Of a DNA stretch of 64,000 bases, positions 29,785 through 44,821 are shown in pieces. The DNA comes from the human T2T-CHM13v2.0 reference genome, Homo sapiens. Location of the stretch: assembly GCA_009914755.4 (NCBI GenBank), contig CP068257.2:33248001-33312000 (forward strand), written 5' to 3'. The notes under the pieces are model-generated. The model ran no database searches and had not been told where the DNA came from. It worked only from the letters and a program-made list of their open reading frames with translations. Each line of letters opens with the position of its first letter. Position 1 is the stretch's first letter. The position numbers and the translations under genes were made by a program.

Positions 29785-31213
29785 TCATATCTACATATAG
29801 GTCCACATGCATGGTAAGCTATGTTCCTTTTGGATCATGATTATTTTTGTGGCTATCCTTGGTAGAGTTCTAAAAAATTAACTCTGATCTCATCTTTCAC
29901 TTTTATCCCCCCCGTCTCAGGGTCTAGATCAGAAAATATCTTGGAAATTCTTCACCATGCAAACCTCATATCGTTAGGAGTCAGATTTTAATGTCATTTC
30001 TGTCATCCACAGAGTTTGAGGAGAAAGCCAAGGTCCATTTGGCTGAGAAGCTTTTATATTGATAATAATATAAAATGGCGTTTTAGTCTTTTCCCACCTC
30101 CACTAGTTTAAAAGGGCATCTTTAGGACTTTCCTAGATACAAGGTATTTGATTCAACTGCCTTCAGCATTCCTTGAATGCTTCCTCTGTCCCAGGCAAGG
30201 TGCTAGGCTCACTGATGACAAACACCAAACAGATGAGAGTAAAGAAGTGTCATGGCTGTTGGTGGACACATGTCCAGGGTCCCAGGAACTGGTGGGAGGG
30301 AATATAAGAGGAAGAGGGGCCAACAGCCCCTGGTGGGCTCAGGAAAGACTTCCTTCCTAGCAGAGGTGATTTTTGACTTGACTTTTGGAGGTTGGGTAGA
30401 TTTTTAGGTGGTTCAAAGAGCTAGAGGAGGGGTTTAGGGAGGTGACGGTGGGGTGGGGAAATGGTGCTCTGGGCTGAATAAGCATCATGAATAAGGGCGT
30501 GAGTTTATGAAACACATCAGTGTGTCAGTTCCAGTACAGTTGGGGCATAGGTTTGAGACCAGGTTGGGGAGTGGGGGAGGGAGTGCAGCAGTTCAAAAAT
30601 ACATAGACGTAGATAGGTCATTGGAAGCACAAGCAACCTGAGGAAATGTGAACTTCAACATGCGGGAAAATTGATCTGTCAAAGCCAAACAGGTAAATAA
30701 CAAAATTAATATATATATTAGAAAAATAAGTCTGTCAACAACAGCTCGGTGAGTTGGAGGGAGTAGAGATGAGGAGTGGGGAGCTATAGCAGTTGTCAGA
30801 CAAGGGGTCATGAGGATCTGGATTAAGGTAGAAGCAATGGAGATGGAAGAGGGGATTGAGGTGAGGGAGGGGGAGGAGTCTCCCCAGCATCTGTCCTTTA
30901 ATAGTAGTAGAGAAGACCAGAAACAGCGGGTTTACAGAGAGACATCGTGATGTCTCTCTGAGCTTTGGATGCCCAGAACAGAATAGGAGGTGCTGGTGGG
31001 GAAAACAGGAATTCTGGGGAGAGGTTTCATGTAGAAATAATGAGCTGAACATCCTTAGAATATCTATTGTAGTTTCAGATTGTATCTAGGGTACAATCAA
31101 ACTCTATGCTAGTTTCAGAGACTGTTTCCAGTGAGAAGAGACCATTCTCAGGTTCTGGGATTATCAACATTCCAGGGTGAGCAGAAGAGGGAGCAACCAA
31201 GGAGATGGAGCTA

Positions 31214-31933
<720 letters not shown>

Positions 31934-33775
31934 TCATCAGTTTCCACTTCAACCCAGGTCTTCCTCTTGTTTTCCCCACTGCACCATCATTCTCCCAGTT
32001 TCCAGACTTGGATCCATGGATTGATCTTTGCCCTCATCCAGTCTGTTGCCAAGATCTCTTTTTGATTTCTTTGGCTGATAACAATTCGGCCCCCACCTTT
32101 CAATTCCTATTGACATCATTCTGGTTCAAGTTCTCATTACCTCTCTGAAGATTTCTTACAAAGATCTCTGAAAAAGGGGGTTCCTGCTAATTGTATACAG
32201 TACTTCCAGATTAGTCTCCTGCACCATAGTTCTGCTGTGTTCTCCTGGGCATCTGGAATTCAATGCAAGGTCTTTAGCACAGTTCTGCAGGATTAAGAGC
32301 TACCCTTCCTGTCCTCATCTTGGAGGGGGGCAGATCCTTCTGCCTCAGGTGAAATTGCCTCTTAAAGACCAATCACATGCTTTATCATCATTTCCACATC
32401 TCCTATGTGACTTGAATTATAATATATTTTGGGTTATAGCTATTTAAATATATTGGGTGGTGGGGCGGGTGAGAGGAAGTGGTGGAACCACCCCTTCCCT
32501 GGCTTCAGGTTTCCATGTGGAACAACATTCCTTAGTGTAAAACTCTTGACCTCTTTTTACACCCTCATTCCTCCTCCACCATAAAAGATTGAATTACCTA
32601 GTTAGTAGCGTTGGAAGCAGAAACTGGTTGTAGAAGGCAGAAGCATAAAATGAACCCCTCAAACTTTCCACCCTAATCCCTGGGGCTGGGAATATGATGA
32701 GTTGTCATGCTCTGGTTATGTTACATGGAAAAAAAGAGATTTTTTTTTGCATATGTAATTAAGGTTACTAATCAGTTGGCTTTGACTCATGCAACAGAGA
32801 GATTTTCCTGGTAGCCCTAATCTAATCACAGGAGACCATTACAAACACAGTGTTTTCTCAGGCTGGGGCAGAAGTGAAGTCAGCATTGTAGCTAGAAGAC
32901 AGAGCAGGCACTTGCAAGAACTAGAGAGCAGTCTCTAGATGCCGAGGGTGACCCCTGATTGACAGCCAGCAAGGAAATGAGGGCCACTATGCTACAGCCC
33001 CATGGAATTGCATTCTGCCAACTACCTGCATGAGCTTGGAGGTGAATTTCTCCCTAAAGCCTTCAAGTAAGGGCTCAGGTTATCCAACCCCTGGATTTTT
33101 GGCCTTATGAAGCTGTGAGCAGAGAATCTAGTACAGCACCACCAGATTTCCGACCTGCAGAACTGTGGGCTAAATTTGTTTAAGGTGCTAAGCTTGGCAA
33201 TTTGCTCGTTTTACAGCAATAAGAAAACAAGTACCCTGGGCATGCTCTTTCCCTCTCCTTATTCTTTTGGGGAGACACTGCTTGGGTATTGGTGAGTGAG
33301 TCTCCCTATTTCTGGAGCTCAGTAGCAGGAAGCCACATACCTAAGCCATGCTCTCCAAAAGTTCTATCAGTGACCAAGCTGGTATTTTTATCTCCATCTG
33401 CTTGACTCCTTTGTCATCTCACTGTTGATTGTGGATCACCGGAGAGCAGGGGTGTTTTTTATTGAGCCTCCTAACAGCCCACCAGATAATTGTCTTCATC
33501 TCTCTAGATTCACTCTCATTCCCACACAAACGCACCAGTGGATTGTGAACACCTTGCCAGCGAGGCTGTGTTTTACTCACCTTTAAATTCCCTAGGCAGC
33601 ACTGCAGAAAGTGAATGCGTACCTGAGCCCCTGTGAGTCTGGTTAACTACAGATTCTGCCTCAGCAGGTCTCGGAAGAAGCCTGAGATTCTTGGTTTCCC
33701 ATAAGCTCCCAGTGTTGCCACTGCTGCTGGTTCAAGGTCTGCACTCAGAGTTGGAGGATCCAGTATCTCAGATAG

Positions 33776-34076
<301 letters not shown>

Positions 34077-34264
34077 GCGATTGGACTTTTTAAGCTGTTG
34101 TTATGGCCTGAATGTTTGTATCCCTCCAAAATTCACATTGAAGCCCTAATCCTCTATGTGCTGCTATGAGTAGGATATGTGGGAGGTGATTAGATTAAGA
34201 TGAGGTTGTGAGGCTGGGGTCCTCATGATGGGATTAATGCTCTTATAAGAAAAGACCAGATTGA

Positions 34265-34307
34265 TCTCTCTCTCTCTCTTTCTCTCTCTCTCCCTCCCTC
34301 CCTCCAC
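34265..34307. repeat. (CT)n/(CCCT)n pyrimidine microsatellite.
   Basis: tctctctctctctttctctctctctccctccctccctcc. Confidence 0.9.
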
Positions 34308-34489
34308 CGAACCCAATCGTGCTGGTACCCTGATCTCAGACTTCCCAACCTCCAGAGCTGTGAGGAAATACATGTCTGCTGTTTAAGCCACCCAGTCTGT
34401 GGTATTTTGTTATAGCAGCCTGAGCTGACCAAGACAAGTATGGTAATAGAAGTCACCAGTACATCTTCTATCAGGCCTCACAAGGAGCT

Positions 34490-34620
34490 GCTTTACATAC
34501 ATTATCCCATTTAATTCTTGAGCAGTGAGTGGTCCATCATTACTCCCTTCACTTTACAAATGAGGACACTTAAGATTTAGTAATCAGCTCACCCATTCTC
34601 AGCCCATGCAGTTTGCCTGC
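34490..34620 (+). mobile_element. Probable MIR fragment.
   Basis: ttatcccatttaattcttgagcagtgag...cactttacaaatgaggacacttaag resembles the MIR core. Confidence 0.45.
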
Positions 34621-34752
34621 AGAGTGCCCGGTTGCAGCCAGCAGCTTGCAAGATGGTCAAAACATTGTATTACCAGTCAAATTTCCTTATTAGATCCTGA
34701 CAAGTTGCCTTTAAACCATTAGGACAGGCTGAATTCAGAGGCTCAAGCTTCT

Positions 34753-34860
34753 AACTCCAGTGCTTTGGAAGGCCAAGGCTGGATGATTGCTTGAGCACAG
34801 GAGTTTGAGACCAGCCTGGGCAACATAGCAAGACCCCATCTCTACAAAAAACAAACAAAA
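34753..34860 (+). mobile_element. Partial Alu, a left-monomer/FLAM-like fragment.
   Basis: ccagtgctttggaaggccaaggctggatgattgcttgagcacaggagtttgagaccagcctgggcaacatagcaagaccccatctctacaaaaaacaaac. Confidence 0.7.
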
Positions 34861-36093
34861 GCTATGTGGACATTCTTTCTTATTCTAGAGCAGCACATCC
34901 AATAGAAATATAATGAGAGTCATATACATAATTTAAGATTTTCTAGTAGCCACATTAAAAAAGTAATGGGCAAAATAAATTTTAATATGTTTTATTTAAC
35001 CCAATCTATTGAAAACATTGTCATTTGAACATGTAATCAATATGAAAATTATTAATGAGCTATTTTACATTTTTCTTTTGTTTCTGTACTATGTCTTCAA
35101 AAGTCTGTGTGTATTTTACATTTATAGCGCATCTCAATTTGGTTTAGCCACATTGCAAGTGGTCAATACTCATTTGTGGCTAGTGGCTACCATATTGGAC
35201 AGTACAGTTCTACAGGAACCACTCAAAACACAATTCACCCTGGATAGCAATTTTGCTACTAGTCTGCTAGTGCTTGAGTGAGCTGTTTTTAAACTGCTGT
35301 TAGTGAGGACCACTAAATAGTGCATCTTACTTGACTCGTGTTTTCCCTCTGAGCTGTCCTGAAGCAAAGTTCAGAATTTTTATTACAGCATGACTTGATT
35401 GACTCAAAGGTGGAAGAACACACATACTCAGCAGCAATAACTGAGTTGCAAAGGCCTACTAACCACTGACAACACCACTAATGCATTTTTACAGCCATGG
35501 ATAGCCACAAGTTAATCTCACACATTGTTCATTTCCACTTAACATTCACCAGTCATGCATGCCTCAGCCTATAAAACAGTGCTTTGGTTTCCTTGAGCTC
35601 GGAAACAATATTACAAAAGCATCTCCTGTCCCTTTCTTTTCCAGCAAAACCAGTTCCCTATGAAACACACCTGACGTATTTTTAAATATAAGCATTATGG
35701 ATCAGAAATTGGAGGTTCTATTTTTAATAGGCCATGATTTTAAAATAGAATTTCCAATTGGTTAAACGATACTCACTCTCAAATAGGAATTCCTATAAAC
35801 AGGTTTATTTTGAAATATAGCATATAAATTTTTCAAAAAGCCATCAATGTTTCAGTTTGCTGGCAATCTACCAGTTAAAACACAGTAATAGATCAATTCA
35901 GTGAGGGAGCTACTGGTCTAATGGTCTAAGCTATGGAATCCATCCTCATCAGAAGAAATAACCAAGGAGCGGGAATGTGGGGAGAGGTTCACAACAGAAA
36001 CCACTGCCCCTACTTGCCTGTGTTGGTTCTTAAGGGGCTGCTGGGAACCCCTGAAGGTCCAAGTGTCTCTTTTGTGCAAAGATACCAGTTTCT

Positions 36094-36414
<321 letters not shown>

Positions 36415-39400
36415 CTATCTGTTAGTCTTACGGGTTGAAGACAGAGGTTAAGGGGCCAACGTGTGGACCCTGGAAAGGGTGTGAGCCCTTCTCCACATTC
36501 TCTTTGGTGTGGGCCCTTCTCCACATGCTCTTTGGTTCCGTCAGCTACAGACAGAGGTTATGTTTTAAGAGATAGACTGAGAAGTCACTCTCCACATGAA
36601 ACCAGTCTTCTCTTCGAGTGATATCCTTCAGCTAAGCATTGTGAGAAAGTATCCAAGTGGAGCATCTGAAAATTGCGCTCCAGGGAGGGGAGTTTAGGGA
36701 CTTGTCCATGGCTTTCAGTTCCCTAATTGGCGAATGTCACACCAGTAAGATTTCCTGGTGGATGATAGATGCAGAGTCTATAAAGTTGCTAATACTTCTG
36801 GAGTCTGCTTTCTTTTGTAATCTGCTTTATTTGAGGCATTTTAGTTAATATATTTAAAGCTATTTCCACCACAATGAATAGGAAATGTGACATGATTTTT
36901 CTAAGTTGAGTAAAAAAGAAATGAATGAATGTATGAATTAAAAGCAGGGGTCCTGTTCCTCATGTCCCACATGCTATCCCACAGCAAATGCTCCTTCCCA
37001 AACAGAATCGTTTATTTGGATTCTTTGTGTTTATAATTTACTCTTTCACTAGGAGAATTATGAGATAGAAAGTATTTTTTCCTTAAGCAACTTTTGTGTT
37101 CAAAAATAACAGAGTGATTTTAATTGGTTCTTGAAGGGAGGAGGGTAGGGGATTAACTGCAGACCAGCTTGATAAGACGACCCTTGGTGAGCTGGTAGAG
37201 CAGTAGGTAGGTCTGTGTTAGACCTTAAATGTGGACAATGGTGGGTACAGGACAGGCAAAGGAAATACCCCAAAGCTGGCTGAAACAGCAAATTTCTACA
37301 TGGACAACTAATTCTTGGATACTTGGAGTAAAGACATCAATATATATTATAAAGACATAAATACATATATATTCTATATAAAGGTATACATGAGATTCAC
37401 ACACACACATATATTATCTTCAAATGATAGCTAGGTAATCATTCACTCAGATTCCAAATTCAAAATTTAAGATTTAGAGTTATTGATGACTGGATTAATT
37501 CACGCAATTAACATGAACCCCAATATATTTGAGTGCAGGAGTACTCACTATCTCATAAGGTAGAGGAACCTGTAGGAAGTTTGTTACTAGCCATGTGAGC
37601 AAGTTAGTTACTTACCTTGCCCCAGCCTCAGCCTCCTCATCCACAAAACAAGAGGCTTGGACAAGGTGGGTTTTCCAGCTCCAGGAACATTTATGCAAAT
37701 GCCACTTGGAATTGTGGGAAATCGGCCCGGGTCTGGTGCTTACCCATGTCAGCATATGGCTAGAGTGAACTTGGGTTTCGAGTGGGAAGGGGCCAGGAAG
37801 GAAAAAGAGGACCCAGAATCAACTAGAGATAGGACATTTTAAGGACTTTCCCATTTCACATAGGGTTTCTCTAATTTCACATAAGTATTGCCTGTTTTAA
37901 AAAGCAGATTCAAGAAGATATGATTTAAAACAAGTATACACATAAAAATAACTCTGAGATTCTGCATCTTCTAGAAAATCACAGACATGTTGCTATCGTA
38001 TTCTATAATTTACATGGTGATTGAGAATAGACCCACAGTTACTCAGTGTTATCCAAAATAATTTATTATTATAATCACTAAAAATATTACAATTCAGCTC
38101 TTTGATTAATTCTGTTTACTCCATGCCCACCAAATTAGTGAAGTTTCACTATGTATATTACAAAATAATAGTTTAAAAATAATATGGATGTACAATATAG
38201 TTTAATTCCTATGCAATAAACAGATAAGCTTCATTATTATTATTACAACTGTTACTACCTCAAATTTGTGACTTTTTTACTAAAATAAAATTTTTCCTAT
38301 TTATGATCCCATATAGACTATAGAGAAATTTCCCACAAACATAGCAGAATTCCTTAGAAAGGGAATATAGAAGCTTTAGCTAAATTTTGGGTGCCGAATC
38401 ACCTATTTGTTTTGGGACATAGAAAGTCTACTCAAGAATCCAGAGTAAGACCTTGATCTCAGTCTTGCTTACAAGGTCTTGATCTGTGAAGGAAGTGCTG
38501 AGATATCTACATTTGTCAATTAAATAATAAATTGCCAAATATCAGCCTTAGAGTATTCTATAGGCACTCGGATAAGATGGCAAATACTTTCATATTAATC
38601 CTGTTATCTTCAAATTTGGAAAACAGACTGTTATAAGAAACAGTTGGCTAAGACTATCAATATCCTGCTTTCTTGTGGGGTCATGAAATTGCCATAGTTT
38701 ACAAAAACTTTAAAATTTCATGTTGTAGTCTGAAATAAAAAATAGCTGGAAAAAGCAACAATAGAAGTAATAATCCTATTCTCTAATTACGTAATTATAT
38801 TTTCTAAATTTCATGAAACTGCTAAGATCTGTATTGTAATGGTTACATATTTTCAGGTTACATTATTACTATTATACAATTGATATTCAATAAATGATAC
38901 CTTTTTATGGGTAATACATTGAAATGGAATAGTAAACATTTTTTGCGGAGACTTCTCATAAAACATCATTGTCTACCTCTCAAACAATAGTTAAGTGAGA
39001 TTTAAACTTTTTTATATGATTGTTTTGGACTTGCTTAGAAAAATACTACCATTTAAAACTATATTCTAAAAGGTAAGGTAAATTTTGCTAGAATTTTTGA
39101 ATTAAAAAATGGTGATATTTCTGTAGAGTTATCTTTTTGAAAGGTAGAGAGAAAGAGTGGAAAGATTTTTTTAATAAAATTAAACTAAAACATCTGAAAA
39201 TAGATATGACTTGATAGCTAATTTTTAATTTATATTTATACGTGCAATGAAAGCTATATTCAGAGATCATCCAAAAATTATTAGAAACATACAAACAACA
39301 CTTGAAAAATGTTATCACATATTTTTGCAGAGTAGGTTGTTTTGAAAACAGCCAGAGCAAAGAAACAGATGATCACCAAAATATTACCACAAATGAGCCC

Positions 39401-41334
39401 AAAAATAAATTATAGGTCATTTCTAGTTGAACCACTGACCAATTAGTGCACTAATCTTGAGTAACTACATAGCACACTCCCATTTTTTTCTTTCCTAGTT
39501 ATCTTAACAATTCAAATGCATGTGAAGATACCCATTTTGAGGAGAATTTAAAATGTATTATTGGTTGATACAGCACTTCTAGGTAAGTTCTCAAGGGGGG
39601 CCTGCAGCAAATATTTACATAAATGTGGACTTTAAGATTGTTTCAGAAGTATTCTGTTTTAGGAGGTTCTGTAATTGTCAACTTCTCGGTTTAGGAAGAA
39701 CCTCACGTTTTAGAGAAGAATATTCTAGATCAAGTCTTTTTCCTTAATGCAGAAATAGTAAAGTTTCTAAAATAGAAATCATTTTGTTTAGCCTTCTCTT
39801 TAACCAAAAACACCAAATAATGAAGTAGACTTCTAAGGAGGAAAGAAGAAAACTTTACCAAATATGCCAGTGGGGGCTCCACTTTTAGTCTGCAAACCTC
39901 TACACCTGGGAGCTGCGCTGTCAAATTGAGTCAGGTCCTGATTGAGCTGAATGATAGACACATAGTGCCCAGACACCGTGCACAGTGAACTCACTCTAGG
40001 AGACCCGCACGCCCCCTTCTCCCAATTCACCCACTGCTCTGGAGGTCATTATTTAACACCGGCAAATTGAACGACAACATGAAATGAAGTGCAAGATGTA
40101 GATATTTCTTCCCCCTCACTAATCTCGCTCACAAGAGAATTCATTCTTTTCTTTTTGCCTCAGGCATATCCAGGCTAGCAATTTTCATTTTGCTACCTAA
40201 ATGATTTCCCCATCCCCCACCTTTCCCAATTAGAGTGGAAATGGATTAAGACTTCAGGTTAACCCCTCCGTTACTGGGAATGAGAAGGAAATAACGTTAT
40301 TATGTGTAAGCTTTATTTTCACCGTTGTGTATGATGCTCTTTTCTGATCATGGTAAACACAGATTTAATTAATCCCACTCTCCCCAAAAGACATTCCTTT
40401 AGTGAAGATATGACACTGCCTTAAGGTAAAGAGCAAGAGAAAAACTTCTTTAGCCAGAATGTTATTCTGTTAACTTGTCATCTTTAAAGTGTTCTAGAAT
40501 GCTTATGAGTAAAATTAGGAAATTTGGATACAAAGTAGGAAGTTATATGGAAGCATAAAAGCACATTGGTTCTTCAGTTACAGAGAATGGATACAACAAA
40601 AGTTAATACTTCCTTGGTTTTTACTAAGCTTGAAATATCTGGATCTAAAAAAATTAAGTGTGGGATAAATATCTAGAAAATGCTGGATCATCTGAAACTT
40701 ATCACGTAGCTTTTCCCCCTACAGAACCTAAAAATAAAAACTTCTCTAGAAAAAAAGCATCCTCTCTTTACTGATCTTTAAAAATTTTAAATGTTGAAGC
40801 CCTGAGTATGTATACCTCACATAACTCCTCTATAGCAACCTATAAAACAAGAATCCTCTCTCCTGGTGGTCTGTTTATTTTGCTATGAACAAAAGGGAAG
40901 GAGCTTCAGTATTTCTGAAAATAACCTGAATTCCCCTTTGAGACAAAGTTTTGGATTTTCGAAAGTAAATGTGGTACTTTTCTATTTTTTAAACTAATAT
41001 ATAAGTGTACATACTATTGGCTTTGTTGGTCAAGAAAACAGTTTATCATACCAGGAAGAGACTGGGTAGCAGAACAGCAGCCTACGAATGCATTAGATTT
41101 GGGTTATGCTGGGTTTTGACAGGTTTGGGGGTTTAAGAAACTGGGTTGGTTCGTCACTAGGAATCCATTAAGTGTTGCTAGTCCGTGAGGACAGAGAAAG
41201 CTGTGGAATTCATTCCTCAAAAGCAAAAGCCTTATTTGTGCTAATAGGGTTATAACAACTGAGCAAATTTTAGTGGACAAATAGTAGAGGTCCTTAACAT
41301 TTACTGAGCTATTCTGAGCTTCAGACATTGTGGC

Positions 41335-41500
41335 AAGGGCTTTCTGTGCATTATGTCATTTAATCCTTTTGGTAATACTATTAATTTAGGAACAATTATC
41401 CCCTAAGGCTTAAAGAAGTTAGACAACTTGCCCAAGGCCACATAGAGATGGAGCAGTGAAAGTAAGAATTTGACCCAGTCAGTGCACAGAGTAGACAATC
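41335..41500 (+). mobile_element. Probable MIR fragment.
   Basis: gtcatttaatccttttggtaatactattaatttaggaacaattatcccctaaggcttaaagaagttagacaacttgcccaaggccacatagagatggagcagtgaaagtaagaatttgaccc. Confidence 0.55.
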
Positions 41501-42672
41501 TTTGAATTGCATGCATTTAAATAAAAAAAGGCTGTTCTTCATAGTTCTCATTGAATAAGTTTCATAGACAATGACTTTCCCAAAGGACTCCTTTTGCTTC
41601 TGAAGGGCAGCCACTCTCCAGTTAAAGGGGATTTGCAAACAGGCCCACTCTGGATTGCAGTACAAGGAAAGGAACTGCTTTAGAAACACAGAACCCAGAT
41701 AGATGGATAAATATTTCAATGCCTTTCCAGAATAGTACTTAAGAAGCAGAGCCCATCTCAGTTTGGGTTTGAGCCCATGGCCTTATGGTTTAAATATAAA
41801 ATGCATTAAAGCTCTTTATTTAGAGAGTCACGTGCCCTTTTGTGGGAGCAGCCCCAATTCTCCCTCTGACTTTAGTGAGTGTACAATGCAAATAGGTGTT
41901 TTGATATTGTCATTAGTATTCATTATTCATGAGGACTTGATCGTGTATTCAAAGTCAGCCAGGAGGGTCATGTGCCCCCTTCAGTGAAAACCTTGACTCT
42001 AAGGACAGCACTTTCCTGGTGTACAGTCTTTGGGGGCTCTTGACAGCAAGAAAACCTAAACAGGAGAATCCCACTTAGCATCTGCCCACAGGTAAGGGGC
42101 ACAGAGAAGGAGATATAGACTTCTAATTTAGCAAAAAGAAGTATGCTGCCATGTGAAAAGTTTCTAAACAGTGACTTCTAAACAATAGGTTGTGACCCAT
42201 AGATTGGTTGTTAATAATAATAATAACAAAAGCAAGGTAAGAAGAAGAAATAGAACAGAATAACTGGAAAATAGAGTGCTTCATCAGTAGTAAGGGTGAA
42301 TACTGCTTCCTGAAGCTCTTTTTTTGATTGATGTATCTCCCCTGAGCCCTGGCATACTATTTACTTCTTACTGTTTCTTGCTATTCAAAAAGTTTGCAAG
42401 CCTCTAGCCTAAAATGTCTTATTTTCTTAGTACTCAATTTGTTACTTGACTTGGTGTTTGGCTCCCTGTGACTCTCTGAAGTTCTCCTTTCTGTGCCTCC
42501 GCTTCCACCTTTGCCAAGTCTAAAATCATGCCATGTAAAAGTTATCAAGAAAACCAATTAAATCATAACTGCCGAAGTGCCTTGTCAAGCTAAACAGTCA
42601 TGAGAGGTGAAGGATTATTATGAAATAAAACAGAGTGAAGCTGTTTTGAAGGCCATCCTTCTGTGGAATAGC

Positions 42673-42766
42673 ATTGGGTCATTTCGTTCAGAGGCGAAAA
42701 GATTCTTAGCAAACATTGGGTCATTTTGTTTAGAGGTGAAAAGATTCTTAGCAAACATTTTGTCCA
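42673..42766. repeat. Local tandem duplication of a 42-bp unit, about 2.2 copies.
   Basis: cattgggtcatttcgttcagaggcgaaaagattcttagcaaa is followed by cattgggtcattttgtttagaggtgaaaagattcttagcaaa and then cattttgtcc. The copies differ at two CpG to TpG positions. Confidence 0.9.
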
Positions 42767-43791
42767 ATCCATTTAGTTTATAGAGGGAAAAGGAGGCTCT
42801 GAAAAGTGAGTGGCTCTTCTAAGCTCCCGAAACAGTGGCTGATCTGGGACCCCCTGACCTGTGAATTTGTGGTCCACCCCCATGCTCTGCCACTCCTCCA
42901 AGAGCCGTTTTGCTACTTCTTTAAAAAAGGGAGGGTCTTATGAAATTGTATTTACAGAAAATTTACAACTCATGCAAAGCTAAATGGATTTCTTCCCTTT
43001 CAAAGTGGTTTCCTGATTGCAATCACATAAATTAAACTCCAGCCCCAAAAAAGTCATTCGAACAGAGTAATGATACATCTCCAAGAAGAGATACAGAGAA
43101 TTCTTTGAAATTCTCAAGAAATAATGCAATGAGATGCAAAAGGGTAACTATTATTAATCTTCTTCCTGAAGTGTCAATCAGGAAGGTATTTTTAAATTGT
43201 ATTGGAAAGGAAGAAGAGACAATGTTTCTTCCCATTAATGATCTGAACTGAAAGTAAGGGAGGAACTAAAAAATGTGCAAAATGTCCTCGGGGAAAAAAA
43301 GTAGTATAAAACATAGTCTTGGATGATACAGCAAGGTCGTTGCTCAATTTTATGTTGTAACACTATTTTAACTGTCACCAAGGGCTGGGATAGCAAATAT
43401 TGCATCAACTCTGCAAGGTGTTTCCTGGGTTTTGTGGACAGGGGGGTCGGGGGAGGTGCAATCTCCATTCTTGTGAAGGCCAGATAAAGACTTCTGCTGC
43501 AAGCCACTATCTTTTTGTGCTGAAGCTGTAGATAACACAGTTTCACACCCTGCTGCCCAAGTCCTGCTTTCCCAATTTGTAGGTCTTTATTGCAAAAGTC
43601 TTTTGTGTTTGTTTTATCAGACACATTTTATCATCCTTCTCCAAACACCCTTTGTCAAAGTCAGCCTTTGAACTTCTTTTGCATATACATAGAATGGGAC
43701 CAATGATTCAGGATATGTAACAGGCTTATCTTATAATTCTAAAGAAAGAGGAACAGAGCCATTGACCTTTCTTCTATATTTTCTTGGGGCT

Positions 43792-43833
43792 GGTGTGTCT
43801 GTGTGTGTGTGTCTGTGTGTGTGTATGTGTGTG
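43792..43833. repeat. Imperfect (TG)n microsatellite.
   Basis: tggtgtgtctgtgtgtgtgtgtctgtgtgtgtgtatgtgtgtg. Confidence 0.9.
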
Positions 43834-44007
43834 CTAGGGGTAAGATGTACAATCTCATTACCTTTAGAAGATAATGCAATAGATTATCCTATACCAATAA
43901 TTTATGCCTTTTAGTTTTGCACAAATTAAACCTGAATCTTAAAGTTCAACTTGTCTAGGATTGTACTAAAGGCCGCATTGCAGGTAGGGCTAATTTCGGG
44001 GTCTGAT

Positions 44008-44100
44008 CCGTGTGGCTCCCCATGCTCCTGACAGTACACCAGGACCACTCTGTGTTCACTCCCGTGTGCAGTCCCCATGCTCCTGACAGTACACCCGACC
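44008..44100. repeat. Local tandem duplication of a roughly 56-bp unit, about 1.7 copies.
   Basis: ccgtgtggctccccatgctcctgacagtacacc...cactc is followed by ccgtgtgcagtccccatgctcctgacagtacacccgaccc. Confidence 0.8.
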
Positions 44101-44452
44101 CTAAGATTCTTGCTTCGCTTGCCTTTGATATGGTGATCTCTGGAACTGAGTATCAAACCTTGCTTGAGGAATTAAAATGCTTGCTCATATCACTTATATC
44201 TTTTAAATGTGGAAAACAGAGAGAATCCACTTGGAGCACATCAGATAGGTTTATTACTTTGTTCCTCCCTTGTCATTTTTTGCATGTCTCACATCAAACC
44301 CTCCTCTGCAACAGTGAAAATATAGGATGGGATAGATGAAGAAGGTGGTACTCCTTCCTTCTCTGGGCACAGAGGCAATTTCTCAGTGCAGCTCACATGT
44401 GGCTACAAACACAGAGTATCACTTTCTTATACAGACCAGGTCACTGTTCCTC

Positions 44453-44473
44453 AAAAAAAAAAAAAAAAAAAAG
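44453..44473. repeat. A21 mononucleotide tract.
   Basis: caaaaaaaaaaaaaaaaaaaaag read directly. Confidence 0.95.
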
Positions 44474-44707
44474 ATGGTGTTCTATTTGATAACCTGCACT
44501 TCTCCAGAGTGACCTCTTCAGCTGAGTCTGGAAGACTTGCCTTAGGCAAGTCCCCCGGGTCTCTGGCTACAGAGGGCCATCCTCCATGAGAGATGAGCTT
44601 GTTTCATTGTTGCAAAGTATAGCCAAGCTGATACATTTTAGCAAGACTAAAACTTAATCTTTAGGGTTCTGGGTCCTTTCATCAAATTTCCTCTGCTCAC
44701 ACCATGA

Positions 44708-44821
44708 TCTCCATTGTCTCCTCCTCCTCCTCCTGCTCCTCCAGTTCCTCTTTCCTTTCTTCTTCTTTACCTCCTCCCTCCTTGCTTCCTTCTGCCTCTT
44801 CCTCCTCCTCCTTCTTCTTCA
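44708..44821. repeat. 114-bp polypyrimidine (+ strand) / polypurine (- strand) tract, (TCC)n/(CTT)n-like, about 95% pyrimidine.
   Basis: tctcctcctcctcctcctgctcctccagttcctctttcctttcttcttctttacctcctccctccttgcttccttctgcctcttcctcctcctccttcttcttc. Confidence 0.95.

Noticed and set aside
42590-42772. The repeated peptide motif (LLRIFSPLNKMTQC twice) suggested a repeat protein or a CRISPR-like array.
   Set aside because: It is a simple 42-bp local tandem duplication of 2.2 copies with no spacers. It sits in a human intron and differs only by CpG decay.
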